From an uncultured Planctomycetia bacterium (GTDB lineage: Bacteria; Planctomycetota; MHYJ01; WSZJ01): DNA of 64,000 bases. Shown one piece after another: positions 8,232-17,057 of the stretch. Each line of letters starts with the position of its first letter. Position 1 is the first letter of the stretch. Position numbers and translations under genes: made by a program. The DNA lies in the NCBI GenBank assembly GCA_964590435.1, contig CAZPWT010000005.1, positions 67,470 to 131,469 on the forward strand. Direction: 5' to 3'. The notes below the pieces were generated by a model. The model did no database searches. It was not told the origin of the DNA and saw only the letters and a list, made by a program, of their open reading frames with translations.

Positions 8232-10346
8232 ATGCGAATTCTCAGAGATGCTTTGGCATGCTGCCTGGTGATCGTGGCCGGCTCTGCACAGGGGCAGGAA
8301 TTGCAGGCGCCTACGCTGACGAAGCTGAAGGAAGCGACGGCCTACGTGAAGTGGTCGAACGGAAGTGTGCTGAAGATGGGGTCAGCGTTCCTGGTGCGGA
8401 AGTCGGCCGACACCGGGTGGTTCCTGACCTGCGCTCACGTCGTTGCTGGCGCTCCGAAAGTCGAGGTAGTCCTGCTGAGTGGATCGGGGAAAGAGCGCGT
8501 CCTGCAGGCTGAGGTGCTGGCGGCGGACGAGACGCGCGATGTCGCCTTCCTGCGAGTCAAGGACTCGGCTCTGCCGGCCGTACTCGAATTCGCGTCCAAG
8601 ACGGAACTTCGCGAAACTGAGAACGTGTTCGTGGCCGGCTTCCCGTTCGGGGAGGCGCTCTCGACGTCGAGCCGCAATCCGGACATCTCGATTTCGAAGG
8701 TGTCCGTATCGAGCATTCGGCGGGATGAACGGGGCGAGGTTGCGACAGTCCAGCTTGACGGGAATGTGAATCCAGGAAACAGCGGCGGTCCTGTGGTTGA
8801 CTCGAAAGGAAAGATTGTCGGAATGGCCGCGGCGAAGATTGCCGGGACCGGGTTGAATTTCGCCATCCCTCCCGAATCGCTGAAAGCCTACATGCGCGGC
8901 CGCGTCGTCGCAGCAGCCGTGACCGCCGCGATCGTAGAAGCTCGGAAGGCCCGCCTGGAAATCCGGGCTTCCCTTCTCGATCCGCTGGGCTCGCTGAAAT
9001 CCGTTGGCTTCGCCTGGATCAGGCGAAGCCAGCTGAAAGGCGCAAAGCCCACCGCGGGGGCCGACGGGCGATGGAAGCAGGCCAGTCCGCTGATGAAGGA
9101 GCAGGGGCTCAAGAAGGCCGCGGGCGCTGACAGCGCCGAGGCCACGGTGGACATCGGTCGAACTGCCGACGACACCGATACGATCGAGATCCTCTTCCAG
9201 ATTCATTGGATGTTGGAGGACGGATCCGTCGAATGGACGGAGCCGGAAGTGAGGACGATCGATTTCACGGCCCCTCCTGCTCCCGCTGGGCCAAAGGCTC
9301 CCCCTCCGGACAAGCCTGTCCCACCAGCGGCCGTGGGGGCCGAACTTGTGACCGGAAACGAGGTCGTGGAAAAGGGCCGATTGCACCTGATGACGGCGGT
9401 TGGAGAGTTGATGATCAGCGCCGACGGCGCGTTTCTCTATGCCCTGGACCTGTCGGACTCCCGGTTGCTGAAGATCAGCACGGCCGACATGACTATCGCG
9501 GCCGAGTTGAAGTTTGAGGAGCCCGCCATCTGCGCCTCCCTCAGCGCAAAGGGCGACACGATATATGTGGCGTCCCAGGTGGAGCCAGCGGCGGATGAGG
9601 GTGGAGTCCGTGGACGCGGCCGTATTACCGCTGTTTCGACGGCGACCTGGAAGCCGGGCCCGCCCTTCGATTTTGAAGGCGACCCGAGAGACATCGAAGT
9701 CTCCTCGGCCGGCCTGGCCGTTGTCCAGGTCGAGGCCCAGTTGGGCAACATGCTCGTCATCGACCTCCAGAAAAGAGCTGTGGAGAAACTGGAGTACTAC
9801 AGCGGCAGGCACCATCTTCGGCTCCACCCGGACCAGTCCCGTATCTACATTGCCCAGCTCGGAAGTTCGGGAGGGAGCATGCAGTGCCTCATCTTTCAAC
9901 GCGACCCCAAACTCGGGTGGCAGCAATACGCCTCGCGCTGCAACGAGGTGAATCTGGAGGGCGCATTCGAGATATCCCCCGATGGTCGATACCTGATGAC
10001 TTCAACCGGGGGCATATTGCGCCTGGCAAAAACCGCGGAGGCCGACATGGCGTTCGTGTCAAAAACCGATCCCTGGATCAGCGCCGCCATGGCGCCGGGG
10101 TGCGGGACCTTCTACCTCGCAACTGAAGCCGGGTTCCTGAAGGAGTATGCCCTGTCCACGCTCGAGCTTCGCAAGTCCATCCGCATCGAAGGCCGCGCTA
10201 CTCACCTGGTCCTCGATCCCGCTCGCAAGATGCTCTTCGCGCACCTGTCGGTATCGCCCCCGGAAAGTCCTGCAGGCCGCAACTACCCCGGATATCGGCT
10301 GCTACTCGCGGGAGATCTTGTGGCCCTGTCATTGGAGAAAAAATGA
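8232..10346 (+). CDS. Secreted trypsin-like (S1) serine protease domain fused to a ~470-aa beta-propeller-like C-terminal region
   Basis: Signal peptide MRILRDALACCLVIVAGSAQG. The S1 signatures TCAHVV (His), DVAFLRV (Asp) and GNSGGPVV (Ser) are present. Downstream repeats DGAFLYALDLSDSRLLKIS / DGRYLMTSTGGILRL. GC3 is lower than in neighbouring genes. Confidence 0.7.
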   Translation: MRILRDALACCLVIVAGSAQGQELQAPTLTKLKEATAYVKWSNGSVLKMGSAFLVRKSADTGWFLTCAHVVAGAPKVEVVLLSGSGKERVLQAEVLAADETRDVAFLRVKDSALPAVLEFASKTELRETENVFVAGFPFGEALSTSSRNPDISISKVSVSSIRRDERGEVATVQLDGNVNPGNSGGPVVDSKGKIVGMAAAKIAGTGLNFAIPPESLKAYMRGRVVAAAVTAAIVEARKARLEIRASLLDPLGSLKSVGFAWIRRSQLKGAKPTAGADGRWKQASPLMKEQGLKKAAGADSAEATVDIGRTADDTDTIEILFQIHWMLEDGSVEWTEPEVRTIDFTAPPAPAGPKAPPPDKPVPPAAVGAELVTGNEVVEKGRLHLMTAVGELMISADGAFLYALDLSDSRLLKISTADMTIAAELKFEEPAICASLSAKGDTIYVASQVEPAADEGGVRGRGRITAVSTATWKPGPPFDFEGDPRDIEVSSAGLAVVQVEAQLGNMLVIDLQKRAVEKLEYYSGRHHLRLHPDQSRIYIAQLGSSGGSMQCLIFQRDPKLGWQQYASRCNEVNLEGAFEISPDGRYLMTSTGGILRLAKTAEADMAFVSKTDPWISAAMAPGCGTFYLATEAGFLKEYALSTLELRKSIRIEGRATHLVLDPARKMLFAHLSVSPPESPAGRNYPGYRLLLAGDLVALSLEKK

Positions 10347-12067
10347 TGATTTCTCAGAGGTTGGGAAAGCGATCCTTGCGGGTACTGCAACTCGCCGCGA
10401 TAACGGCAGCCCTTCTCCTTGGCCCGAAGCCAGGCTTGGCTCAGAACTTCGCGGACGTCTCCACCGATCAAGGTAGCTATATCGCCGGCAGGTTGCCCGA
10501 TGATGCTGCGTTTCAGTTTGACGGTAGCCTGGGACGCGTTCGCCTTGAGCCCTCGAAAATTCAAAGCATCATGTTTTCGGGCGGCAAAGCAGCGGTCACC
10601 CTTCGTGACAATTCGGTCCTGAACGGAGAATTCGGCACGGCGCCCATCAAACTCACCTGGGCCGGCGGTGAGGTTGAGATTCCCATCGAGAGGGTCAATC
10701 GAATCGATTTTCTGGCTTGTACCGACGGGAAACTCCCCAGAGGCGCTACCAATCGGGACTTCCTCGCCCTTTCAGACCTGACTATTTCCGTCAGCGTCCA
10801 GCATGGCGGAGTTGCCATCTTTGGTGGGACCATTACCGACCTGGACGCATTCGATATCGAGTGCGACCTTGGCAAAGTGCACATTCCCGTTCATCGCATC
10901 CTGACAATCGACTTCTCCTTGGATCCCCCTGAGCTGCGAACCGACGGGGGCTCGATCTTGCACGGAAAGATTTCACCTGCTTCGTTTCACCTCAAGTATG
11001 AGGGCGGAGAGTCGGTTCTCGAGGTGGAGAAGCTGGACCGGCTCTCGGTCAGCGGTGCGCCGATTGCGGGGGTCCCCGAACCCGCCCCGCCCGTGAAGCC
11101 ACCGCCGGCCGAAAAACCGCCCACTCCCCCGTCGTCCGACATCTGGCCCGAAGACTGGAAACCGGGCACACCTGTTCCCTTCAAGGGTGCGCTCGTCGGT
11201 CGTCCCGTCCTCAGCGACGACCGCAGTCGCCTCGTCTCCTTCGATTCCGCAACGCGGTCCGTGGTCGTCATAGCCACGGCAAGCATGACCGTAGCCCAGA
11301 ACATCGAAGTCCCGATAGACCTGGCGGATCTCTCCATCGCGCCGGGCATCGCCACTGCATTCGGCTGCGCCGGCGAGACCGTCATTGTCGTCGACATTGC
11401 GGGCGGCCGCGTCACCAGTCGCTTCAAGATAGAGCATCAGCTGCGGTCGATCATCGCCCTCTCCGACGATGTCGCCATCGGAGTCACGGACTCTGCCGGC
11501 CTGCTCGTGTTGTCTGCCAGCAGACAGGGGATCATCCGAAAGAGCAAACGCCTTGGGCAGGGTGCGGTTTACGTCCCTGAGCGTCGTTCTCTCTACGTGG
11601 ACGGCTGGCGCTTCACCTTTCCCGCAAATGTTGGGAAAGCCGAGAAAATCACCTTGGGCGGAGAGGTGACTGCGGCGGGTATGCCACCGGGTTGGGCCAC
11701 CAGCGATGGCAGGTTTCTCGCCAATCAGTGGGGAGGGTGCTATCGCCTCGGCGTCGTGGCCGCAGTCGCGATTCGCCCAGTCCCTCCGGTCCCTGCCGAG
11801 GTAACGGCCGCTGCCGACTTTCCGACCGCGCGCCGATGGTTTCTATTCCGCCGCAAGGATGTTGCCGAAATCGCACTGCCGAGTTTGACCATCACCAAGT
11901 TCCGCCCGATGCCCGAGGTCGCGATGGCCGCATTGGCGGACGAGAATGCGCGAGCCTTGTACGTGTTCACAGGCCGCGCCGAGGGGCTCGCCACAAACTC
12001 TGGAGGAATCGGACCTCTGAAGGGACCTGGAAACTGGATTCGCGTCGAGATCGACGTCCCCAAGTAG
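10343..12067 (+). CDS. Secreted hypothetical protein (574 aa), translationally coupled to the upstream protease gene (ATGA overlap)
   Basis: Signal peptide MMISQRLGKRSLRVLQLAAITAALLLGPKPGLAQ; RBS GGAGA; no recognisable catalytic motif; same depressed GC3 as 8232-10346. Confidence 0.55.
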   Translation: MMISQRLGKRSLRVLQLAAITAALLLGPKPGLAQNFADVSTDQGSYIAGRLPDDAAFQFDGSLGRVRLEPSKIQSIMFSGGKAAVTLRDNSVLNGEFGTAPIKLTWAGGEVEIPIERVNRIDFLACTDGKLPRGATNRDFLALSDLTISVSVQHGGVAIFGGTITDLDAFDIECDLGKVHIPVHRILTIDFSLDPPELRTDGGSILHGKISPASFHLKYEGGESVLEVEKLDRLSVSGAPIAGVPEPAPPVKPPPAEKPPTPPSSDIWPEDWKPGTPVPFKGALVGRPVLSDDRSRLVSFDSATRSVVVIATASMTVAQNIEVPIDLADLSIAPGIATAFGCAGETVIVVDIAGGRVTSRFKIEHQLRSIIALSDDVAIGVTDSAGLLVLSASRQGIIRKSKRLGQGAVYVPERRSLYVDGWRFTFPANVGKAEKITLGGEVTAAGMPPGWATSDGRFLANQWGGCYRLGVVAAVAIRPVPPVPAEVTAAADFPTARRWFLFRRKDVAEIALPSLTITKFRPMPEVAMAALADENARALYVFTGRAEGLATNSGGIGPLKGPGNWIRVEIDVPK

Positions 12068-12074
12068 CCGGCGA

Positions 12075-12590
12075 CTACTGAACGCCGGGCAATTTCACCG
12101 TGAAATCCCCCGCGAGCCGGAACACGTACGGCCCGGAGATTCCGCCGCGCGGCGACTCGCCGCGCCCCTGGAACGTCAGGTCCATCGATCCCTCGAGGCT
12201 TTCGTCGTCGCGGTCGTCGACGCGGCACGTCCCCGTGCCGGCGCTTCCCACGAACCACTTCGTCTCGCCGCCCCACTCGCGGGCCCAGAGCCAGGCGGAG
12301 ACGAGGCGGCCGCCGTCGATCTCGACCCAGGCCTTGAGCTGGACCTGGTCGTCCTTGCGTTCGAAGCGAAGGATGTCGTGGCCGCCGGAGATGACCTCGA
12401 CGATGCGCCCTTCCTCGAGTTCGGAGACGCGGCCCGCGGCGGACTCGGCGGGCTTGAGCGACGCGTTTTTCAGCCACTCGCCGGATTGGAGTGTGAAGCG
12501 GCGTTCGGGGGAATACTCGGCGACGAGCGGGGTGGGAGACTTGCAGCCGGCGAGGGCGCAGGCGAGGAAGGCGAGGCGGAGGGAGCGCAT
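12075..12590 (-). CDS. Small lipoprotein, hypothetical
   Basis: MRSLRLAFLACALAGCKSP lipobox; the longer listed ORF (to 12626) has no RBS context. Confidence 0.5.
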   Translation of the reverse strand: MRSLRLAFLACALAGCKSPTPLVAEYSPERRFTLQSGEWLKNASLKPAESAAGRVSELEEGRIVEVISGGHDILRFERKDDQVQLKAWVEIDGGRLVSAWLWAREWGGETKWFVGSAGTGTCRVDDRDDESLEGSMDLTFQGRGESPRGGISGPYVFRLAGDFTVKLPGVQ

Positions 12591-12640
12591 GGGCGGAGTG
12601 TCGGGGTTTCGGGCGGGAAGCGTCAATGGGGGAGAAAGGC

Positions 12641-12680
12641 GGAATTAATAATTCATAATTATGAATTATAAATTGTAAAT
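12641..12680. promoter_or_regulatory. AT-only 40-mer containing a perfect 22-bp palindrome in the divergent promoter region between the lipoprotein gene and top6B
   Basis: ggaattaATAATTCATAATTATGAATTATaaattgtaaattta; ATAATTCATAATTATGAATTAT (12648-12669) is its own reverse complement; the surrounding DNA is ~70 % GC. Confidence 0.6.
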
Positions 12681-12821
12681 TTAGTCCTCCCGCAGCCGCC
12701 CGCCTCTCCCCCGCCTTTCCTGTATTCCTTGCCACCTGCCCTCTCTCCGACTATCAATCCCCCTCAAGTTCCCCCCAACATTTGCCGAAAACCACCCCGG
12801 AGGACGGTGTACCCCGATCCC

Positions 12822-14681
12822 ATGAAAAAACGGCCCGGAACGAAGAAGGGGAAGCCGATGCAGCAGGACAAGATCGAGCCGGCGGCGGTGGCCGACAGCG
12901 CCCCCGCGGCCAAGGTCGTGCGGACACGCGGCGCCAAGGCGGCGGGTGAAGGCGCTTCCGAGGTGGTGGCGCCGAAGCGGCGCGGCCCGGCGCACGTGCC
13001 GCAGACCGCCGAGTCGCTCGCGAAGAAGCAGCGCGAGATCTCGGTCAGCGAGTTCTTCGCCAAGAACCGGCACCTGCTCGGGTTCGACAATCCCAAGCGC
13101 GCGCTGATGACGGCGGTCAAGGAGGCGGTCGACAACTCGCTCGACGCCTGCGAGGAGGCCGGGATCCTGCCGGACCTGCTCGTCGAGCTCAAGATGATCA
13201 ACGAAGAGCGCTTCCGCATGATCGTCGAGGACAACGGCCCGGGGATTATCAAGGCGCAGGTGCCGAAGATTTTCGGGAAGCTGCTCTACGGTTCGAAGTT
13301 CCACACGATGAAGCAGTCGCGCGGGCAGCAGGGGATCGGGATTTCGGCCGCGGGGCTGTACGCGCAGATCACGACGGGGCAGCCGGTGCGGATCGCGACG
13401 CGGACGGGGGCGAAGAAGCCCGTCTACGAGTGCGAGCTGACGCTGGACACGACGAAAAACCAGGCGGAGCTGTCGAGCGAGAAGGAATCGGCGGAGTGGC
13501 ACCGCGAGCACGGGACGCGCGTCGAGATCGAGTTCGAGGGGAAGTACGAGAAGGGCCGCCGGAGCGTGGACGAGTACATCCGCGAGACGGCGATCGCGAA
13601 CCCGCACCTGACGCTGACGTACATCACGCCGCTGGGCGAGAAGATCGTGTACAGCCGGCAGGTGGACACGAACCCGGAGCCGCCGAAGGAAATCAAGCCG
13701 CACCCGTACGGCGTCGAGCTCGGGACGCTGATGAAGATGATGCGGTCGACCGAGGAGAAGAAGATGCAGGGGTTCCTCTGCAACGACTTCTCGCGCGTCT
13801 CGAGCCAGGTCGCGCACGAGATCCTCGGCAAGGCGGGGCTCACGAGCAACACGTGGGTGCAGTCGATGGGGCCGAAGGAAGCCGAGGCGCTCTACAAGGC
13901 GATCAACGCCACGAAGATCATGGCGCCGCCCACGAACTGCATCTCGCCGATCGGCGAGGACCGGATCCTGGCGGGGCTGAAGGCGACGGTGAAGGCGAAG
14001 TGCTACGTGGCGACGACGCGCCGCCCGAGCGTCTACCGCGGCAACCCGTTCCTGCTCGAGGCCGCGATCGCGTGGGACTGCGAGGGCATGGACGCCGAGG
14101 ATCCCGTCACGCTGTTCCGCTACGCCAACCGCGTCCCGCTGCTCTACCAGCAGTCGGCGTGCGCGATCACGCAGGCCGCCATCGAGACGTCGTGGAAGAA
14201 CTACGGCCTCTCGCAGCCGCGCGGCTCGCTCCCCATCGGCCCCGCCGTCGTCTTCATCCACTTCGCGTCCGTCTGGGTCCCGTTCACGAGCGAATCCAAG
14301 GACGCGATTGCGAACTACGCCGAGGTCGAGAAGGAGATCAAGCTCGCCCTCCAGGACGTGGGCCGCAAGATCGGGACGTTCATCCGCCAGCAGGAACACG
14401 CGGAGCGCGAGGCGAAGCGCCGGCAGATCTTCGAGAAGTACGCCGCGATCCTCGCCAAGAGCCTGGCCCGCATCACGCACAAGGGGCTGATCAAGAAGGC
14501 GACCGAGAAGACGATCGAGTCCAAGGCGTCGAAGATCAACTACTGGCTGCAGAAGATCGCCAAGCGCGAGAGCGCCGCGGCGGACAAGCTGGTGAAGGGC
14601 GCGATCCAGGAAGTGCATGAAGCGGTGCACATCGTCGAGACGCCGGCGCCGCCGAAGGACAAGCCGGAGGGGCAGGACTAG
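12822..14681 (+). CDS. top6B: DNA topoisomerase VI subunit B (GHKL ATPase plus transducer) with a basic N-terminal extension
   Basis: [22 protein letters not shown] (N-terminal strap); Bergerat-fold motifs [17 protein letters not shown] and GxxGxG-like [15 protein letters not shown]; the downstream H2TH/transducer region. The start is ambiguous (12729, 12822 or 12858). Confidence 0.85.
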   Translation: MKKRPGTKKGKPMQQDKIEPAAVADSAPAAKVVRTRGAKAAGEGASEVVAPKRRGPAHVPQTAESLAKKQREISVSEFFAKNRHLLGFDNPKRALMTAVKEAVDNSLDACEEAGILPDLLVELKMINEERFRMIVEDNGPGIIKAQVPKIFGKLLYGSKFHTMKQSRGQQGIGISAAGLYAQITTGQPVRIATRTGAKKPVYECELTLDTTKNQAELSSEKESAEWHREHGTRVEIEFEGKYEKGRRSVDEYIRETAIANPHLTLTYITPLGEKIVYSRQVDTNPEPPKEIKPHPYGVELGTLMKMMRSTEEKKMQGFLCNDFSRVSSQVAHEILGKAGLTSNTWVQSMGPKEAEALYKAINATKIMAPPTNCISPIGEDRILAGLKATVKAKCYVATTRRPSVYRGNPFLLEAAIAWDCEGMDAEDPVTLFRYANRVPLLYQQSACAITQAAIETSWKNYGLSQPRGSLPIGPAVVFIHFASVWVPFTSESKDAIANYAEVEKEIKLALQDVGRKIGTFIRQQEHAEREAKRRQIFEKYAAILAKSLARITHKGLIKKATEKTIESKASKINYWLQKIAKRESAAADKLVKGAIQEVHEAVHIVETPAPPKDKPEGQD

Positions 14682-14695
14682 CCGGGGGCAGGTCG

Positions 14696-14851
14696 CCGCA
14701 TCCTTTTTGATCCTTTCTTATCCGTGACCCCGCCTTTCGTATCGCCGTTCATCCCGTCACTCATCCAGCTTTCGGAAACCGGATGAAAGACGGATTCAAC
14801 GGCGATAAGAACGACTTGGTCACAGATTGAAAAGGATGAAAAAGGATGCGG
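14696..14851. repeat. ~155-bp imperfect palindrome (~75-nt arms, ~80 % identity) occupying the top6B-top6A intercistronic gap
   Basis: Left arm is ccgcatcctttttgatcctttcttatccgtgacc...tatcgccgttcatcccgtcactcatccagctttcgg. Right arm, reverse-complemented, is ccgcatcctttttcatccttttcaatctgtgacc...tatcgccgttgaatccgtctttcatccggttt. There are internal direct repeats (tcctttttgatcctttc; gaaaaggatgaaaaaggatg). Confidence 0.8.
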
Positions 14852-14889
14852 CAGGCGGGGACGAAACATCCATTCCTTGAGGGGCTGCC

Positions 14890-15993
14890 ATGATCGCGAC
14901 CATCAGGAAGAACGACAAAATCCTCAAATCGCTCTTCAACCTCGGCACCGACGCGGTCGAGGAGATCAAGAAGCAGAAGAACCCTTCGGTCGACATCCCG
15001 CTCCGAAACCTCTCGAACGTCAACTTCAACCCGAAGAAGGCGATCATCGAGATGGGCCGCGCGAAGCAGTCGCGCGAGTTCTTCAACATCGGGATGGCGA
15101 AGAAGTACATGCAGACGTTCCTGGTCGCGGAGAAAGCGAAGGACCTGCTGGACGAGGGGAAGACGACCAGCATTCGTGACCTGTACTACATGGCCAAGCG
15201 CACGATCCCCGGCACGTCGGAGAACACGTTCGACGAGCAGGAAGAGTCGGACCCGATCATCGAGGACCTCGAGGTTACGGCGGATGCCCTTCGCGAGGAG
15301 CTCGGGCTGTTTGCGTCGAACAAGGGCGCGCTCGTCGGCGAGCTGACCCTGCGCGACATGGGAGACACGATCGACGCGCGCAAGATGGGGTCAGGCGGCT
15401 GGTCGATCCCGTCGATCTGCGAACCGAACATCGTCCAGTTCAAGCGTTGCGACGCGAAGTTCATCCTGCTCGTGGAAAAGGACGCGGTCTGGCGGCGCCT
15501 GAACGAGGACAAGTTCTGGAAGAAGCACAAGTGCATCCTGCTGCACGGGCAGGGCCAGCCGCCGCGCGGCGTCCGTCGCCTGCTGCACCGGATGGTGAAC
15601 GAGCTCAAGCTTCCGCTCTACACGTTCGTGGATAACGACCCGTGGGGCTACTACATCTACAGCGTCGTCAAGCAGGGCTCGATCAACCTCGCGTACGAGT
15701 CCGTCCGCATGGCCGTTCCGCAGGCGAAGTTCGTCGGCCTCTCGAGCTTCGACAAGGAGCGCTGGAAGATCGACGACACCGTCACGATCAAGCTCAACGA
15801 CGAGGACACGCGCCGCGCGAAGCAGATCATGGAGTACCCGTGGTTCCAGAAGAAGCACTGGCAGGTCGAGATCAAGAACATGCTGCGGCTGGGCTACAAG
15901 CTGGAGCTGGAAGCGCTGTCGAACCGCGGGATCTCGTTTGTGACAGATGAGTACCTGCCGAAGAAGATCAGGGACAAGGAGTTTCTCGACTGA
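14890..15993 (+). CDS. top6A: DNA topoisomerase VI subunit A (Spo11/Top6A; winged-helix catalytic Tyr plus Toprim)
   Basis: RDLYYMAKRTIP (catalytic-Tyr region); Toprim acidic motifs LLVEKDAV and FVDNDPWGYYIY; 367 aa. Confidence 0.88.
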   Translation: MIATIRKNDKILKSLFNLGTDAVEEIKKQKNPSVDIPLRNLSNVNFNPKKAIIEMGRAKQSREFFNIGMAKKYMQTFLVAEKAKDLLDEGKTTSIRDLYYMAKRTIPGTSENTFDEQEESDPIIEDLEVTADALREELGLFASNKGALVGELTLRDMGDTIDARKMGSGGWSIPSICEPNIVQFKRCDAKFILLVEKDAVWRRLNEDKFWKKHKCILLHGQGQPPRGVRRLLHRMVNELKLPLYTFVDNDPWGYYIYSVVKQGSINLAYESVRMAVPQAKFVGLSSFDKERWKIDDTVTIKLNDEDTRRAKQIMEYPWFQKKHWQVEIKNMLRLGYKLELEALSNRGISFVTDEYLPKKIRDKEFLD

Positions 15994-16026
15994 AAGACGT
16001 CGAAGGTCGAAAGTTGAAGGTCGAAG
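15991..16026. repeat. GTCGAAGG-family repeat copy (tgaaagacgtcgaaggtcgaaagttgaaggtcgaag) just after the top6A stop
   Basis: Shares a >=20-nt identity (tgaaagacgtcgaaggtc) with the copy at 29954; the same GTCGAAGG units recur at 28664-28700. Confidence 0.7.
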
Positions 16027-16047
16027 CTGGGACAGGGCTCTGACCAT

Positions 16048-16087
16048 GAAAAAAGGGCGCGGCCAATGGCCGCGCCCTTTTTTGTTT
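16048..16087. terminator. Bidirectional intrinsic terminator shared by top6A (+) and the skp-like gene (-)
   Basis: aaaaaaGGGCGCGGCCaatGGCCGCGCCCtttttt: a perfect 10-bp stem between an A-run and a T-run. Confidence 0.9.
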
Positions 16088-16107
16088 CACTCCGGACTCA
16101 CGTCTCC

Positions 16108-16754
16108 CTACTTGCCGTTCCCGTCCTTCGGCGCCGCTTCCTTCTCTTTCTTGTACTTCGCCTCAAGCCTCGTCAGCACTTCCTCGGTGATGTCGTACTC
16201 GGGCGCCGAGTAGAGGATCATGCGCCGGGCGATCTTCTCGTCCGAACGGGAAGGATCCGCCGTCGCCAGCGGGCCCGTCTCCGTCTTCAGCACCAGCGTG
16301 AAGCCGTTGTCCTTCGCGTACGCCGCCACCTCCGCCTGGATCTCGTCGAAATACTTCGCGATCCCTTCGTCCAGCAGCTTCTTCACCTGGTCGTTCCACC
16401 ACTTCATCATGTAGTCGGCCTTCGCCTGCAACTGCACGATATCGAGCTGCGCGCTGATCTTGAGCTTCGGGTTGATCCCCGGCGTGTCCCGGATCGTGAT
16501 CTTCTCCTTGATGTCCTTCTCCATCTTGTCCAGCTCGGCCTCCTGCGCCTTCTTCTGGACCTCCAGTTCGTCCGTGAAGTCCTTCACCTTGGTCCACTTG
16601 TCGTAGACCTTGCTCAGGTCCACCGTGCCGAGCTTGATCGGAGGAGGAGGCGCCTTCGGGTCGCCGCCCGGCTTGGGAGCGACGTCCGTCTGCGCCAGGG
16701 CCGGGACGCACGCCATCAGCGCCGCCGCGGCGATCATCGTGAAACGCTTCATGA
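16108..16754 (-). CDS. skp: Periplasmic chaperone Skp/OmpH family
   Basis: Signal peptide MKRFTMIAAAALMACVPALA; Lys/Glu-rich coiled-coil body (EVQKKAQEAELDKMEKDIKEK...) typical of OmpH; RBS AGGAGAC before the ATG at 16754. Confidence 0.7.
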
Positions 16755-16854
16755 GGTCTCCTGTCAGGAAAGGTGCGGTGTGTGGTTTCGGCGAATGGCG
16801 CGGAAGGATAAGGCCCCGGACGGGAAAGGCCAAGAACCCAAATTTCGCGGGGGA

Positions 16855-17000
16855 GTTGCGGATTTGCGGGTTCCGTTCCGGGTTCGGGGTTCGGAGTTCC
16901 GGGAGGTTTGGCGTTTCGAGTCGAGAGTGCGGTTGCCGGCGAGGCCGCCTCCCGGTGGTCTCGGAATCCGGAACCCCGAACGCCGAACTGAACCCGAATA
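16855..17000. repeat. GTTCCG/GTTCGG hexamer-repeat hairpin element in the divergent skp / SNF2 intergenic region
   Basis: Left arm is gcgggttccgttccgggttcggggttcggagttccgggagg. Right arm is cctcccggtggtctcggaatccggaaccccgaacgccgaactgaacccg. Same unit architecture as 2053-2270 and 55404-55524. Confidence 0.65.
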
Positions 17001-17057
17001 CTCGAGACTCCCCGTCTCAAGCCGCTCCCCCTTCCCTGCCGATATTGTGTAAACCCC

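Noticed and set aside
12681-14630. 649-aa minus-strand ORF antisense to top6B; also 13430..14620 (+) in an alternative frame
   Set aside because: Leu/Arg/Asp-rich low complexity with no domain signal. The plus frame carries unmistakable GHKL topo VI-B motifs.
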